64,000 nucleotides of DNA from Chiloscyllium plagiosum (lineage: Eukaryota), in NCBI RefSeq assembly GCF_004010195.1, contig NC_057719.1, positions 77,853,929 to 77,917,928 on the forward strand, written 5' to 3'. A model generated the notes under the pieces. It ran no database searches, was not told where the DNA came from, and worked only from the letters and a program-made list of their open reading frames with translations. This document shows, in pieces, positions 52,045 to 64,000 of the stretch (position 1 is the first letter of the stretch; each line of letters opens with the position of its first letter). A program made the position numbers and the translations under genes.

Positions 52045-53700
52045 AAATATTTTGTCTACTGTGTTTGCCTTGGAGAAAGACATGAAGATTGTGAACTTGG
52101 GGAGGTTGGTGGTCATATCTTGGGGACAGTCCATATTACAGTAGAGGAGGTGTTGGACATATTAGACTGTATGAAGGTGGATAAATTTCCTGGTCCTGAC
52201 CTGATATATCCAAGAATACTGCAAGCGGCTAGAGAAGAAATTGCGGGGGCCCTGGATGATATTTTTGCATCATCAATAGCCATGGGTGAGGTCTGGAAGA
52301 CTTGGAGGGTAGCGAATGTTGTGCCCTTATTCAAGAAGGGTTACAAAGAAAAACCTGGGAATGGCAGACCAGTAAGTCTAACATCTGTGGTAGATAGGTT
52401 ACTTGAGAAAATCTGAGAGATAAGATAAAAATGTATTTGGAAAGACAGGGTTTGATTAGGAGTAGTCAGCATGGCTTTGTGCGTGGGAGATCATGCCTCA
52501 CAAATTTGTTCTCGAGTTCTTTGATGAAGTGACTGGGTAGGTCAGTAGACATTGTCTGTATGGATTTCAGTAAGGCCTTTGATAAGGTTCTACATGGTAG
52601 GCTGCATTGGAAAGTTAAATCACATGGAATTTGGGGGAGCTGACAAACTGGATACACAATTGGCTTGATGGGAAGAAGCAGAAGGTAATAATGCAAGGAT
52701 TTTTATCAGACTGGAGGCCTCTAACTAGTGGAGTGCCTCAGGGATTGGTGCTGGGCCCATTACTGTTTGTTATCTGTATTAATGATTTGGTTGAGAATGT
52801 ACAAGGCATGATTAGTAATTTTGCAGATGCTGCTAAAATGGGCAGTATCGTGGACAGTGAGAAAGGTTATCAGAAATTGCAGCAGGACGTTGATCAGCTG
52901 CGGAAATGGCAAATGGAGCTTAATATAGATAAGTGTGAGGTCTTGCATTTTGGGAAGTCAAATCAAGGTAGGAGTTCCATGGTGAATAGTAGGGCCTTCA
53001 GTAGTGTAGTGGAACAGAGGGACCTTGGAGTCCAGGAACATGGATCTCTGAAAGTGAAGTCACAGGTAGACAGGGCAGTGAAGAAGGCTTTTGGCGCACT
53101 GGCCTTCATCAGTCGAGCATTGGGAATAGAGGTTGGGCTGTTGTACAGATGTTGATGAGGCCGCACTTCGCTGCAGTTGTGGTCACCTTGCTAAGGGAAG
53201 AATGTTATTAAATTGGAAAGCATGCAAAGGAAATTTACAAAGGTGTTGCCTGGATTCAATGATTTGAGTTATAGCGAGAGGTTGGACAAGCTAGGAATTT
53301 TTTCTTTAGAATGTAGGAGACTAGGGGTGGTGGGAATCTTATAGAAATGTATAAGATGAAGAGAAGCATGGATGGGGTGAATGCACTCAGTCTTATTCCC
53401 AGTTTTGGTGACTCGAGAACTAGAGGACATTAGTTTAAGCTTTAGAGGGGAAAGAATAAAAGAAAACCTGAGAACAACTTCTCTACACAGAGGGTGGTAT
53501 GCATGTGGATTGAGCTGCCAGCGGAAGTGGTTGAGGCAGATATATTAATAACAATTAAAGGGCATTTGGACAAAACATGGGTAGGAAAGTTTAGAAGGAT
53601 ATGGGCCATCTGCAGGGAATGGGGCTAGAGCAGGTGGGCATTTTGGTCAGCATGGACCAGTTTGGGCCAAAGGACCGGTTTCTGTACTTTAGGATTCTAT
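52045..53700 (+). mobile_element. CR1 LINE (RT to 3' end)
   Basis: KVDKFPGPD, GVPQGLVLGPLLF..INDL, NFADAAK, DKCEVLHFGK. Confidence 0.9.
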
Positions 53701-53937
53701 AACTTTTCGGGGTCTCATTGGGGATAGCAAAAAATCATTATTGTATCAAAATCAAAGTGTAAACACTTGTCTTTCTTTCTCTCACTCTCATGGGTACCCT
53801 TTAACCTTTGGCAGTGTGTAATTTGCCCCAAAGTGGCCTGCCTGCACAGTTCACACCCAATTCCATGAATTGCAACAAAGAATTATGGCTACATTAGTTT
53901 ACTTGTTGGTAGCTGTGATGTAGAACTAATAAGGGTT

Positions 53938-54810
53938 TGTGTTGGGTGGACAAAATTAAAACTCTCTCATTGCCAGGTTATCGTTCAACAGGTTTATTTG
54001 GAAGTACTTGCTTTCAGAGTGCTGCTCCTTCATCAGATAGCTGTGGAGTAGGATCATAAGACACAGAATTTATAGCAAAAGATCAGTGTCATGCATGCAA
54101 CTGATATGATATGATATACAGAGAGACCTCGATTATCCGAATACCAATTATCCAAAAATCAGATTATCCGAAGGAGATCTTGAGGTCCTGTTAGAAACAT
54201 TACATCAAAGACGTGTTTCCAGCAGTGATCGCGTCTTTTGTTTACAGTGATTAAACAGGCACCGTCTCCAAATGACTGACCTCCCGCCCTCTCTTTCTCT
54301 CCCCCCACCCCCCCCAACCCCACACTTTCCCTGGAGTTCTACACAGGGGTGTACACTAAAACCCTCCCTTCCCCAGAACAATCTCTCCAAATGTTGCAGT
54401 AAAACGGTGTGCGTGTGTGTGTGCGCGTGCACACGTAATTTGGAGACTTACCCCTCAAAGGCGGCAGCAGCAGCAGTCTTCTTGGTGTCCAGTAGAGGGG
54501 GTGGGAGTGGACGGGGGTGGGGGGCGCGCAGTCTCCGAGCCCCAGAGGAAAAGCATTTATTCGATTAACGGAATAATCATTATCCAAACAACATAGTGCC
54601 CGCCTATCTCATTCGGATAATCGAGGTTCCCCTGTACTGAACAGACCTAGATTGCTATATTAGTTGCATGCATAACACTGTGATCTTTTGCTATAAATTC
54701 TGTGTCTTATAATTCTGCTGCACAGCTATCTGATGAAGGAGGAGCACTCTGAAAGCGAGTACTTCCAAATAAACCTATTGGACTATAACCTGGTATTGTG
54801 ATTTTTAACT
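53938..54810. mobile_element. PLE family B fold-back (inverted pLTR pair) interrupted by a MITE
   Basis: ~53960-54105 is the inverted complement of ~54660-54810; degenerate hammerheads at ~54006-54036 (-) and 54730-54758 (+). Confidence 0.8.
54119..54634. mobile_element. Tigger/pogo-type MITE, 516 bp
   Basis: 24-bp TIRs cagagagacctcgattatccgaat / attcggataatcgaggttcccctg, TA TSD at 54117-54118 and 54635-54636, subterminal attatcc repeats. Confidence 0.88.
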
Positions 54811-56712
54811 ACTTTAGTTTAGAGCAACTTGCAAGAAACATTAATTCTGTATTCTTTTATAGTGTGCAGGACATTGGAGACAATTCAAATCACCAATTTT
54901 GCTTAGTTTATTTTGTTTTCATAATAATTTTCAACATCTTTCTTCTTTATTAATTTTAACTTGTACATAGAAATATGTACTATTTGTAACTAGCCCACAA
55001 AAGGGGTAGTTGGCTAAGCATACAGTTGCTTTAATTACCTCTTGCCATGTTATTCATGTGATGCAGATGAAGCTGTTGAGTCAGTTTATGACACAGCTTC
55101 AGAGGCAGCTACAGTTTTACACCTCACTCAAATGGTTCTCGTGAGAATAGACCGGTGAGTGTTATTAGAATATAATTCAGAATGTATGACCTTAGAGAGG
55201 GTGCAGAAGGGATGTTGAGATTGATATTAAAGCTGCTGTTGATCAGTTATGTGTTGGTGGACAGATTAAATAAGATGGGGTTTTTCTCCTTGAAACATAA
55301 AAGGTTATGGGAAGGTTTATTGAAGGACTTGAAATAAAATGGCTCTCAGTGCACTGGACTAAGAGAAATTACATTCATAGGGATTTCTGAAATCAAATAA
55401 TTGGCAAAAGAGCAAAAGCGGATCAAGATGAGGAGAGAAGTTGCAAAATAATAAATTTGTAATCTGGAATGCATTGCCTTGAAAGAGTTGTTGAAGGAAA
55501 TTCAATAATAACTTGTACAAAGAAAATTGGGTAGATATTTGATAAGGAAACGTTTGCTGCACTATGATGGAAGATTAAAGAGCAAACATAGGCATGATGG
55601 ACAAAGTGATTTAGTCTGCAATATATTGCAACACTGAAACTTGCCAAAAGATGACATTTTTAATGCTTATTTATTTTCCATATCTGTTATCTATAAAGAT
55701 CCTACAACATATGTTGAAATTTCACAGCAACCACCATCACACAATTAGTGGGAATTTTTTTTATAGTGTTTTCATTGTGAATGCTCTGCCTTTGTTTTAG
55801 CCTATTGATGAAAGCTGGGATAAAAGTGCCTCCTAATAACATCCTGATGCATTTTGGTTGTAAGTAAGAGAATAGGATTTAGCAGTATTGAATATCTGTT
55901 CCTTAGCCTGAAAGATCTTTTATGGAAGCTTGGAGGAACATAGTTGTTGAATGTCATAAATTGATGTGTGTGAAACAAAAATATAGCCTCTAATCCAAAT
56001 CATGACTACCATTTTTGTTTGCTGAAGGTAGTTGGAACCTACCGTTTAAAGAAAGAGTTGCGATATTATATTTTAACTATGTGGTAAGCAGTTTGCTTTG
56101 AATCCTATATCGTTGATCTCTTTCTTATCCCTTGGCCTATTTAATATGGCCCCTGCTATACCCCTCAATTAAAGTAAGGAAGTAATGTGAGCTTCCAAAA
56201 AAAAAGTTTTACAATCTTTCCTGTCATTTGTTCATGGCAATAGATTTGCAGACTCTTACTTTTCCAAGTTAATAGATATTTTGAAACTGGGTTGCTTTGT
56301 ACATTCAAGTATATTGTTTTTTTGGGTACCTCAATATATTTGGTATGTGGACAACAAAGATTTAGAACAAAGGAAAGAGGCATACTTACTTGGATTTTAA
56401 AAAGAATTCCAGTGGCTTGGAGGTTAAAAATGCTTAGGCTATCCTGGCTACATTACTAGAGTCTGAGTATTTCCATGCAATTGAGCTTCAACCTCGTTGC
56501 TTAACAACTTTCTAGATGCACTTAGCTCTTCCCCTCATCCCCTCATTATTTCAACCATTTCATTTGTCTTACATTCCAATTACAAACGAATCCTCATTAC
56601 TTAGGATATTAGACTACACAGAATTGTCTGTGGAGTTCACGCTATAGTTAAATGTCAGCATCCTTTTGTCACTAGTATTAAATACAACTCTGCTGAAAAT
56701 CTTTCCATGTTG

Positions 56713-57062
56713 CGTGGCACAGTGGCTCAGTGGTTAGCACTGCTGCCACAGTACGAGGGACCTGAGTTCAATTCCAGCCTCGGGCAACTGTCTGTGTGGA
56801 GTTTGCACGTTCTCCCTGTGTTTGCGTGGGTTTCCTCCGGGTGCTCCAGTTTCTCCCACAGTCCAAAGATGTGCAGATTAGGTGAATTCACCATGCTAAA
56901 TTGGCCTTAGTGTTCAGGGATGTGTAGGTTAGGTGCATTAGTCAGGGAAATGTAAAAATAATAGGGTAAGGGAATGGATCTGGGTGGAATACTCTTTGGA
57001 GGGTCGGTGTGGACTTGTTAGGCCAAATAGCCCTGTATCCACACAGTAGGGATTCTATGATT
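56713..57062 (+). mobile_element. HE1-type V-SINE
   Basis: Same head, V-domain and tail as 34550. Confidence 0.9.
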
Positions 57063-58087
57063 TAAAAGTTACTTCCCCATTCCATAAATTCCTTACATTG
57101 AAACCAAATTAAGCATTTTTCTTAGAGTCTGCATTTGACATAATTTGTTTTTTTTAATTATCCTCTCCATGTCTGACACAATGTGTTAAGGGGATTAGAG
57201 TTTTAATTTATAGTGTTATATGCTGGTGGTTATAACTGTTATCTGTAGCTAAAGTCCAATTGCACGTAATAAACAGTGATACTTGTTGAGTTTAAAAATC
57301 TGATTATGATTTCTATGTACCTGGATATGAAAATCAGGTGATTTTATCATAAAGGTAAAGATTTTAAAATTACTCCAGGAATAGTGAGGCTTTATTTCCA
57401 AAACAACCCCTTTTGAGTCATGATATGCAACAGGCAAAATGTAGATGTTCGATTTTAGGATTGATAAAGAAAAAGTCAGTGTCAGAAAAAGGCATGCTTA
57501 ATAATTTTATATCTTAAACACCAGAATTAATTTTGTCTTGGCTTACAAAAAGCCTACTCTGCATAACAAATCATCAATGAGATATTTAAAGATTTCCTGG
57601 AGAAGAATTTGGGAAAGAGTAACTCTTCTTATATGCAGTAATTTTATGCAAGCTTTTGTGAGATTACCCAACATTTTAAAAAAAACTTGGAATAGTAAAT
57701 TTGAGCAATGTATATACATAAGTTGATAATTTTCATATAAAACAATCTACACTCCAGTGCATCCTTTTGAGAATTATGTTCCAATAGTGTAATTCTTGAC
57801 CTGCTTTGAATCTAGAGTCTCTCAATATGTTTTACATTATAGATTTCTATAATGTTTCAACATTATTTAACCATCATTTTGTTTTTGTATAATACATTTA
57901 AAGAAATGAGAAATTTATGCAGCATCTTGTCACTTTATTAGAATGTTCTATTTTAATCTGTTTTAAAGTAACCTGGAGTGTCTCATCCTTTCACTTCTTC
58001 TGTCTATCCATCCTACCTACCAAGTCCAAGTAATGTTCGAGTTTTTCCAGCTACTCCAAGAACAGTTCTGCAACTTTCTCTCAGCCA

Positions 58088-58740
58088 TAGGGTATGGGCA
58101 TCTCTGGCAGGGCCAGCATTTATTGCCTAACACCATAACTGCTCTTGAAGCTGGCGATGAACACTACTATCATCAGTGAACACCCCCCACTTCTGACCTT
58201 GTGCTGGAAGGAAAACCATTAATAAAAATGATTGAATTGAGGACATTGTTCTGAAGAAATCCTGCAGTGTTGGCCCTCAATATCTTTGCCATCTTTCTTC
58301 TGTGCTGCTTCTATTTGGCTGAGGGGATCCTTGACTCTAAACTCAGTAGAATGTTGCCTTGATGTCAAGTGCATTCACTTTCGCCTCATCTTTGAAATTT
58401 GGCTGTTTATTTGAATGAATCATGTTTGGATCAATACTGCAATGAATTCTAGAGCAAAATTATCCTTATGGAATTCAAACTGAAAATTAAGTAGGTTATT
58501 GATCAGTGATTGTCATTTCCTAGCACTGTCAATGACCTGTTGCTTTGAATATCAAGGTAGACTGATGGGGTATTGAATTTGCCTTTTCTGTGAGCACATC
58601 ATACCTGGGCTTTTGTTGAATCGGCGCTAGTGTATCTCGAGCAAACACTTCAGTAAGCGGTGCAGCTAGTTCTAGAGTACAGTTTCTTGGCCCACAGACA
58701 GGATGTTATTAGAGCCCATAAAGCTTTGTTTTATCCATAC
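58088..58740 (-). mobile_element. Old LINE remnant related to 20490-21552
   Basis: ggccagcatttattgcc tail and gccttgatgtcaag (reverse complement of the ALDIK-coding stretch). Confidence 0.5.
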
Positions 58741-58759
58741 ATCCAACAAAGATCTTTTT

Positions 58760-59072
58760 TAGATTAGATGCCCTACAGTGTGGAAACAGGCCCTTTGGCC
58801 CAATAAGTGCACACCGACCCTCCGAAGAGTAATCCACCCAGACCCAGTTCCCTCTGACTAATACACCTAACGCTATTGTCAATTTAGCATGGCCAATTCA
58901 CCTAACCTGCACATCTTTGGACTGTGAGAGGAAACCAGAGCACTCGGAGGAAACCCACGCAGACACTGGGAGAATCTGTTTGGAGTTTGTACAGTCACCT
59001 GAGGCTGGATTCGAATTTGGGTCCCTGGTGCTGTGAGGCAGCAGTGCTAACAACTGAGCCACCATGCCACCC
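58760..59072 (-). mobile_element. HE1-type V-SINE
   Basis: Reverse complement of HE1 from head to tail. Confidence 0.9.
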
Positions 59073-60589
59073 CGTTTTGACGTGGAAGAAATCAAATCAG
59101 CTCATAATTTGCTTTGTGAACCTCAGGAATTGTAACAAAAGATAATCCATTCAATACTTATGGTTGATTATGATTCTCAATGCATCAGTTTGTCTTTTGT
59201 ACTCGCATGCTGATCTCTGCCATTATTAATGATGGGAACTTGCATCTTATGATTTGTATGATTGGCTGAGTGTGACAAAATTATAAGGTTTTGATCTATT
59301 GGGTGTGGAATCACTTGGTTCTTTTAGTAACGTGCTGTTTCTGCTGTTTTGCATGTATGCAGTCTTGTGACACCTTATTTTGCTGCACTCCAAATAGTGC
59401 AGGTAGAGATGATTCTTGACTTAACGACAGTGGCAGAGAGAGAGAGAGTTCTTACAATTCATGAGGTTACACATTGTGGTGAAGTGCTGCTGAAAATTAA
59501 CCATGTATCTCATTGATGTCCAGTTTTTGACTGCTAAACTGTTCGGGTTTAGCATGAATATAGGACTGTATAGGCAGAACTGGAGTGCTGAGGAAATTGG
59601 TAACAGTAATTTAACAATAGTGCATTCTGGACCATAAGCATTTCTCTCCATTCGAGAGAGAATTGTTTATCCAGCTTCAAGCATGAACTAAGGCAAGGAG
59701 GCAGCCTCTGTGAATGAGCACAAATGATGTGGGGATTGAATCCTTGCGATTGCTTTCATTATGTACCATACTCTCTCATCATCTAGCCGATTGAGCTACC
59801 CAGCACCTATAATCACAAAAACGATAACAGAATTCAAAACGTGAATAATTTATCTTTGCTGATCTTTGTGTAATATTTTATGTTGGTTCAAACGATCCCT
59901 TTCCATAAAACAGGTTACAACCCTAGTCTGGCATGGTGTATTTCCACCAAATGTCGTTCACTGTGACCATGAGCACTGATTAAATTAACAGTTTTCACTT
60001 ATATGGTCACAAGATGTTTTGTTAGTAGAAATAGGCAGAGAAGCTAATCTAGAGGAGTCAGAAGAAGGATTGGCCAAAGCTTTAGTTGCGAAGATGAGTT
60101 CTAGGAAGAGTATTAGGAAGACAAAAGAATTTTGGGAAAGGCTTGCCAGTGAATAAAATGTATGCAACTGAATGTTCTGGGTTGAAGTGAAGTAATGGAT
60201 AAAGCCACATCACAAAGTCCAGAAGTGGACACACGGTGATTAAAGTCTGAACATAGGCCTACTGAGTGAGTGTGATACAGGACTTTAGAAATATCCAAGA
60301 GCTTAAAATTTAACACTTTGGATAAGAAGGTATTTGTGTCGGAGATGATTAGTCAGGGACAGAACATAGGTAACCGCATTTTTGGACAAACTGGAAATTA
60401 AGGAGGTTACTAGGTATCCTTTAACTATTTAAAGAAACCTATAAGCCTAAGGCAAATGAATGTCAGTAAGACAAAGGTTGTCCTTCAATCAAAAACAGAC
60501 TCTCACCAAATCTCACAATATCAGTGCTTTGGGTTGGCCCCAGTGACAGTTAATTGCTCCTAAAATCTCAGAAGATTAGCGAGCGATAC

Positions 60590-60880
60590 AGTGGTTAGCA
60601 CTTATGTCTCTCAGTGCCAGGGAACCAGGATTGATTCCAGCCTTGGATGACTGTGTGGAGCTTGCACATTCTGTCCATGTCTATATGGGTTTCTGCAAGG
60701 TGCTCCTGTCTTCTCTGACAATCCAAAGACTTGCAAAGCTAGTGTCCAAGGATGTGTCGGCAAGGTGGATTAGCTGTGGAGAAATGAGGGGTTGTGGAGA
60801 AAGGATGGGTCTGGGTGGGATGCTGTTCAAAGGTACAAACTCAATCGGCCTCTATTTGCACTGTAGAGGTTCTATTATTG
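60590..60880 (+). mobile_element. Degraded HE1-type SINE
   Basis: gtggttagcact...ccagggaaccagg...ctgtgtggagcttgcacattct. Confidence 0.65.
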
Positions 60881-60993
60881 TATCAGCAACTATAGACGCT
60901 CTTGATTCTGTGTAATCAAACCTTTGGAAGCTCCTACTTTGGAAAAAAGACTTGGATGAGTCTTCACCTATGAATGGACACAAAATTTTAAGT

Positions 60994-61270
60994 CCTTTTC
61001 CACCTATCCACTCCACCCTCTCTTCCCTGACCTATCACCTTCATCCCCTCCCCCACTCACCCATTGTACTCTATCCTACTTTCTCCCCACCCCCACCCTC
61101 CTCTAGCTTATCTCTCCATGCTTCAGGCTCACTGCCTTTATTCCTGATGAAGGTCTTTTGCCCGAAACGTTGATTTCGCTGCTCCTTGGATGCTGCCTGA
61201 ACTGCTGTGCTCTTCCAGCACCACGAATCCAGAATCGGGTTTCCAGCATCTGCAGACATTGTTTTTACCT
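60994..61270 (+). mobile_element. 5'-truncated PLE family A copy with hammerhead
   Basis: Imperfect TSD cacaaaattttaagt (60979-60993) / cacacatttttaagt (61271-61285); matches 1-155. Confidence 0.8.
61141..61174 (+). ncRNA. Minimal hammerhead ribozyme motif (PLE family A), core intact
   Basis: uuc-CUGAUGA(61144-61150)-A-GGUC-uuuu-GCCC-GAAAC-GUU-gau, with ACGU palindrome and one stem II mismatch. Confidence 0.75.
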
Positions 61271-63885
61271 CACACATTTTTAAGTTGCAGTCTACAAAGC
61301 AGTAATGCACCTGACTTTTCTGTATAGTTGGAAAACTTGGGTGATTTATTGCCAACACCTGAGAAAGCTCCAGACTTACCAAGAGTACCGTGTATAGAAG
61401 ATCCTACACTTGAGCTGATGGACTGCTACATGAACAGAAGACCCTCCAGGATATAGTCATCCTGAGCATAGAATTGACCATTCTTGTATGGCAACAGGTC
61501 ATTGCATCAGAATGCTGAACATCCTCTTTCCAAAGTGTGCTTTGTACTTGGTTCATGGCTGGTCAAAATTGAATGGCTACTTGTGGAAAAATTTTAAAGA
61601 AAACCTTGCAAGCCCTACTTGAAAAAGATTGGCTTTGACCACTGCAGCTGTTAATAGAGAGTGCATTGCACCATACTGATAGTGTGCTCTGTCAGCAAGA
61701 TACAGTGGTCATGAAGCAGGGGAGATAACAATGGTCGAAGATATGTGAGGAAGACTAATTGACTTTCAAATGTAGAATTTTTTTTTAATTTTTATGTTGC
61801 TTCTCCCTTAGCATTTTTACTTTACTTTTTCCACCACCTTTACATTTTGGTGACATTACTTTTGACTTCTGCAGTGTCCCTTTCTTTCTCTTTCCCTCTC
61901 TTTCTTGCCGTTCCCTCAATCCTACCACCCCTTTCCTCTTGTCTGCTTAGCCCTTCCTCCTCATTCACACATTGGTCATCTCTCACCTGCCCAACCACTC
62001 CCTCTTGCCTGCCCACGCCTACCTCTCTCCCACCCAATTATTCCCTTTTTCCTGCTACACAACCTCTTGCTCACATCTCTTGCTTACTCTCACTGTCACT
62101 TGCTATGTTGCAGTCATGGTCTTGCTCATCCTTTTTCACTCTCTTACCCACCTCCCTCCCCTGTCCATTTCCCTTCTTTTATTTCCATTTCTCAACTGTT
62201 TAAATATTTTCTTAGTTAATGATTTTAATTTTCTTTTCTGTTTTTTAAAGCAGAGATTTTTTATTTCCTTTAATTCTACTGACATGAATTTATAACGTAT
62301 CTGCTTAAATTTATCAGTTCTAACAACTCAAAGGCTACATGACCACACTAAAACACTTCAGCATCGGTAACAAGTTCCCCTGAGCTGACTTGATTTTCCA
62401 AAATCAACTCTTGTACCTTCTGAACTGAACTTTAAGTTGTTATGAATGGAGATCATGGACTTTCTGTTCTGAAGTCAAAATTAACCTAATTGCCCTAGTC
62501 AATTTACTGTACTGTTTCTGCAATAAATTCAACAGTTTTAATATTTTATCTGTTAACACGGGAATGTTCTAGGCAGCTGATTTGAAGTCACATGCCTTCT
62601 TAAAAAATATGTATTAGATCAGTGTACATTGACTTTCTGCCCTTTTCAAAAAGAAAACCCCTTCACTGGACTAACCAAAGCCCACCTCTTTTTTTTCTTC
62701 TTTTAAAAAAACCCAAATTCCAAAAAAAAAGGTTAATATACATTTTAATCACAGATTGCAAAAGTGAGATGGTGTGGAATAAATATTGGCTTCAGTCCAC
62801 AGCGTAGAGCCAAGTTAGAATAGCCTTGACTCAGATAAGTTTGGCTATTGCACCTATGGAAGCTCTCGAACAAAGCTGTGCATTTAGATTTGTTGTGAGC
62901 TTTCAATTTTATGTTCACCTTTACTCATACCTTTACATCTTTAGTGGATTCAACTTCTAGCATTGTTCCTGGGAGGGTATTCACTTTTGGAAGGAAATCT
63001 ATTTAAAAATTGTTTAAAAACACTTTCTCTTTCGTACCTATATAAGTTTAGGAAATCATGTAGATCAGAGTCATGCAGCATGTTAGTTAAAGACTAGCTG
63101 CAGCAGTGAGATAAGAAAGGATTTGTTTGAATTGTTCAAAGAGAAATAGAGGGCCGATATCAAAGGTTTCATTCACAAACTAATAAACTCTTCAGATGGA
63201 TGTGAATTTGAGTAATGAAACAGAAATTAGAGTGATTTAAGAGTCAGTTGGAATTTTAATGGGGAGACGAGATTTTTGAGATAAGTGATTATGATGGGAT
63301 AAATGGCATTTCTTTTTTGATCTTGATTTTGTGATTTCATAGTTCACATTTCAAATAGAACTCCTACACATCTTATGTTAATGGATGTCTTATGTTCCAG
63401 GATTTCAATGTAGTACAACTTCATTGTGGGAATTATCTCAGTTGTGAGACTGATTTATTTAGCGACAGAATTAATTGGGTCATTGTTTCAAAGAAACATG
63501 TCTTGTACAGGTAATATTTTACTCATTTTAATAATTTCCCTTGGGACTGAAACTCAAGGTCACTGTCTCTATTTATAGTGGTTGCAGGGTGAATAATCTA
63601 TGCCTGTGGAAAAAAAATCAGAGTTGCACGTTTTACACACGAGCCAATTCAAATCGCTTCACAAGCCAACTTCTGTTTTTTTATAGATTTTTTGATAGTT
63701 TGTACTTGCATTTAAATGATTTGAAACATCATGATCATGCCTGAAAATAGGAATATGAAAGTTGGAATTCAAATATATGATAGTATGCAATCATTGTTTA
63801 TAAGTAATGTTGTATGTACTCCAAATAAACAGCATTCAAGTGGTTCTGTTGTTGCAGAAATAAAATATTTTCATTTGTATTTTCT

Positions 63886-64000
63886 GGGGGTCCAGAACTA
63901 GCGGGCATCGGTTTAAGGTGAGAGGGGAAAGATTTAAAGGGACCTAAGAGGCAACCTTTTCACGCAAAGGGTGATGAGTGTATGGAATGAGTGCCAGAGG
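63886..64000 (+). mobile_element. CR1 3' fragment (cut by window edge)
   Basis: gtccagaactagcgggcatcggtttaaggtgagaggggaaagatttaaa...tggaatgag. Confidence 0.8.

Noticed and set aside
61780..62295. Overlapping 100-118-aa ORFs and a pyrimidine-rich tract
   Set aside because: Stop-poor because of C/T bias; no recognisable domain and no clear mirror repeat.
1..64000. CRISPR arrays, prokaryotic operons, retron or DGR-like RT systems
   Set aside because: No repeat-spacer arrays; all RT fragments belong to eukaryotic CR1, Rex1/Babar, Gypsy or PLE families.

Overview
This is eukaryotic (vertebrate) genomic DNA, almost certainly from a shark or ray, judged from HE1-type V-SINEs and shark-type CR1 LINEs (inference). 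The only host coding sequence is the large first coding exon of SIPA1L1 on the + strand (exon ~49408-51187, ATG 49669). The rest is intronic or upstream DNA dense in degraded mobile elements: many CR1 LINEs, a Rex1/Babar LINE, L2-like remnants, HE1 SINEs, a Gypsy LTR element, solo LTRs, a Tigger/pogo transposase fossil and a MITE. The most notable layer is a Penelope-like element (PLE) system. It comprises one near-full-length Neptune-type PLE (RT + GIY-YIG, flanked by pseudo-LTRs) and about 10 short PLE-derived insertions from 2-3 families. Most carry minimal type I hammerhead ribozyme motifs (CUGANGA-A-stem II-GAAA-palindrome-UH), several are inverted (fold-back) pairs, and one has captured a copy of nearby host DNA inside a 12-bp target-site duplication. 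The SIPA1L1 leader has a cluster of uORFs, one of which ends in an ATGA overlap with the main start codon. Repeat boundaries were read by eye and are approximate unless a TSD or terminal repeat is quoted.
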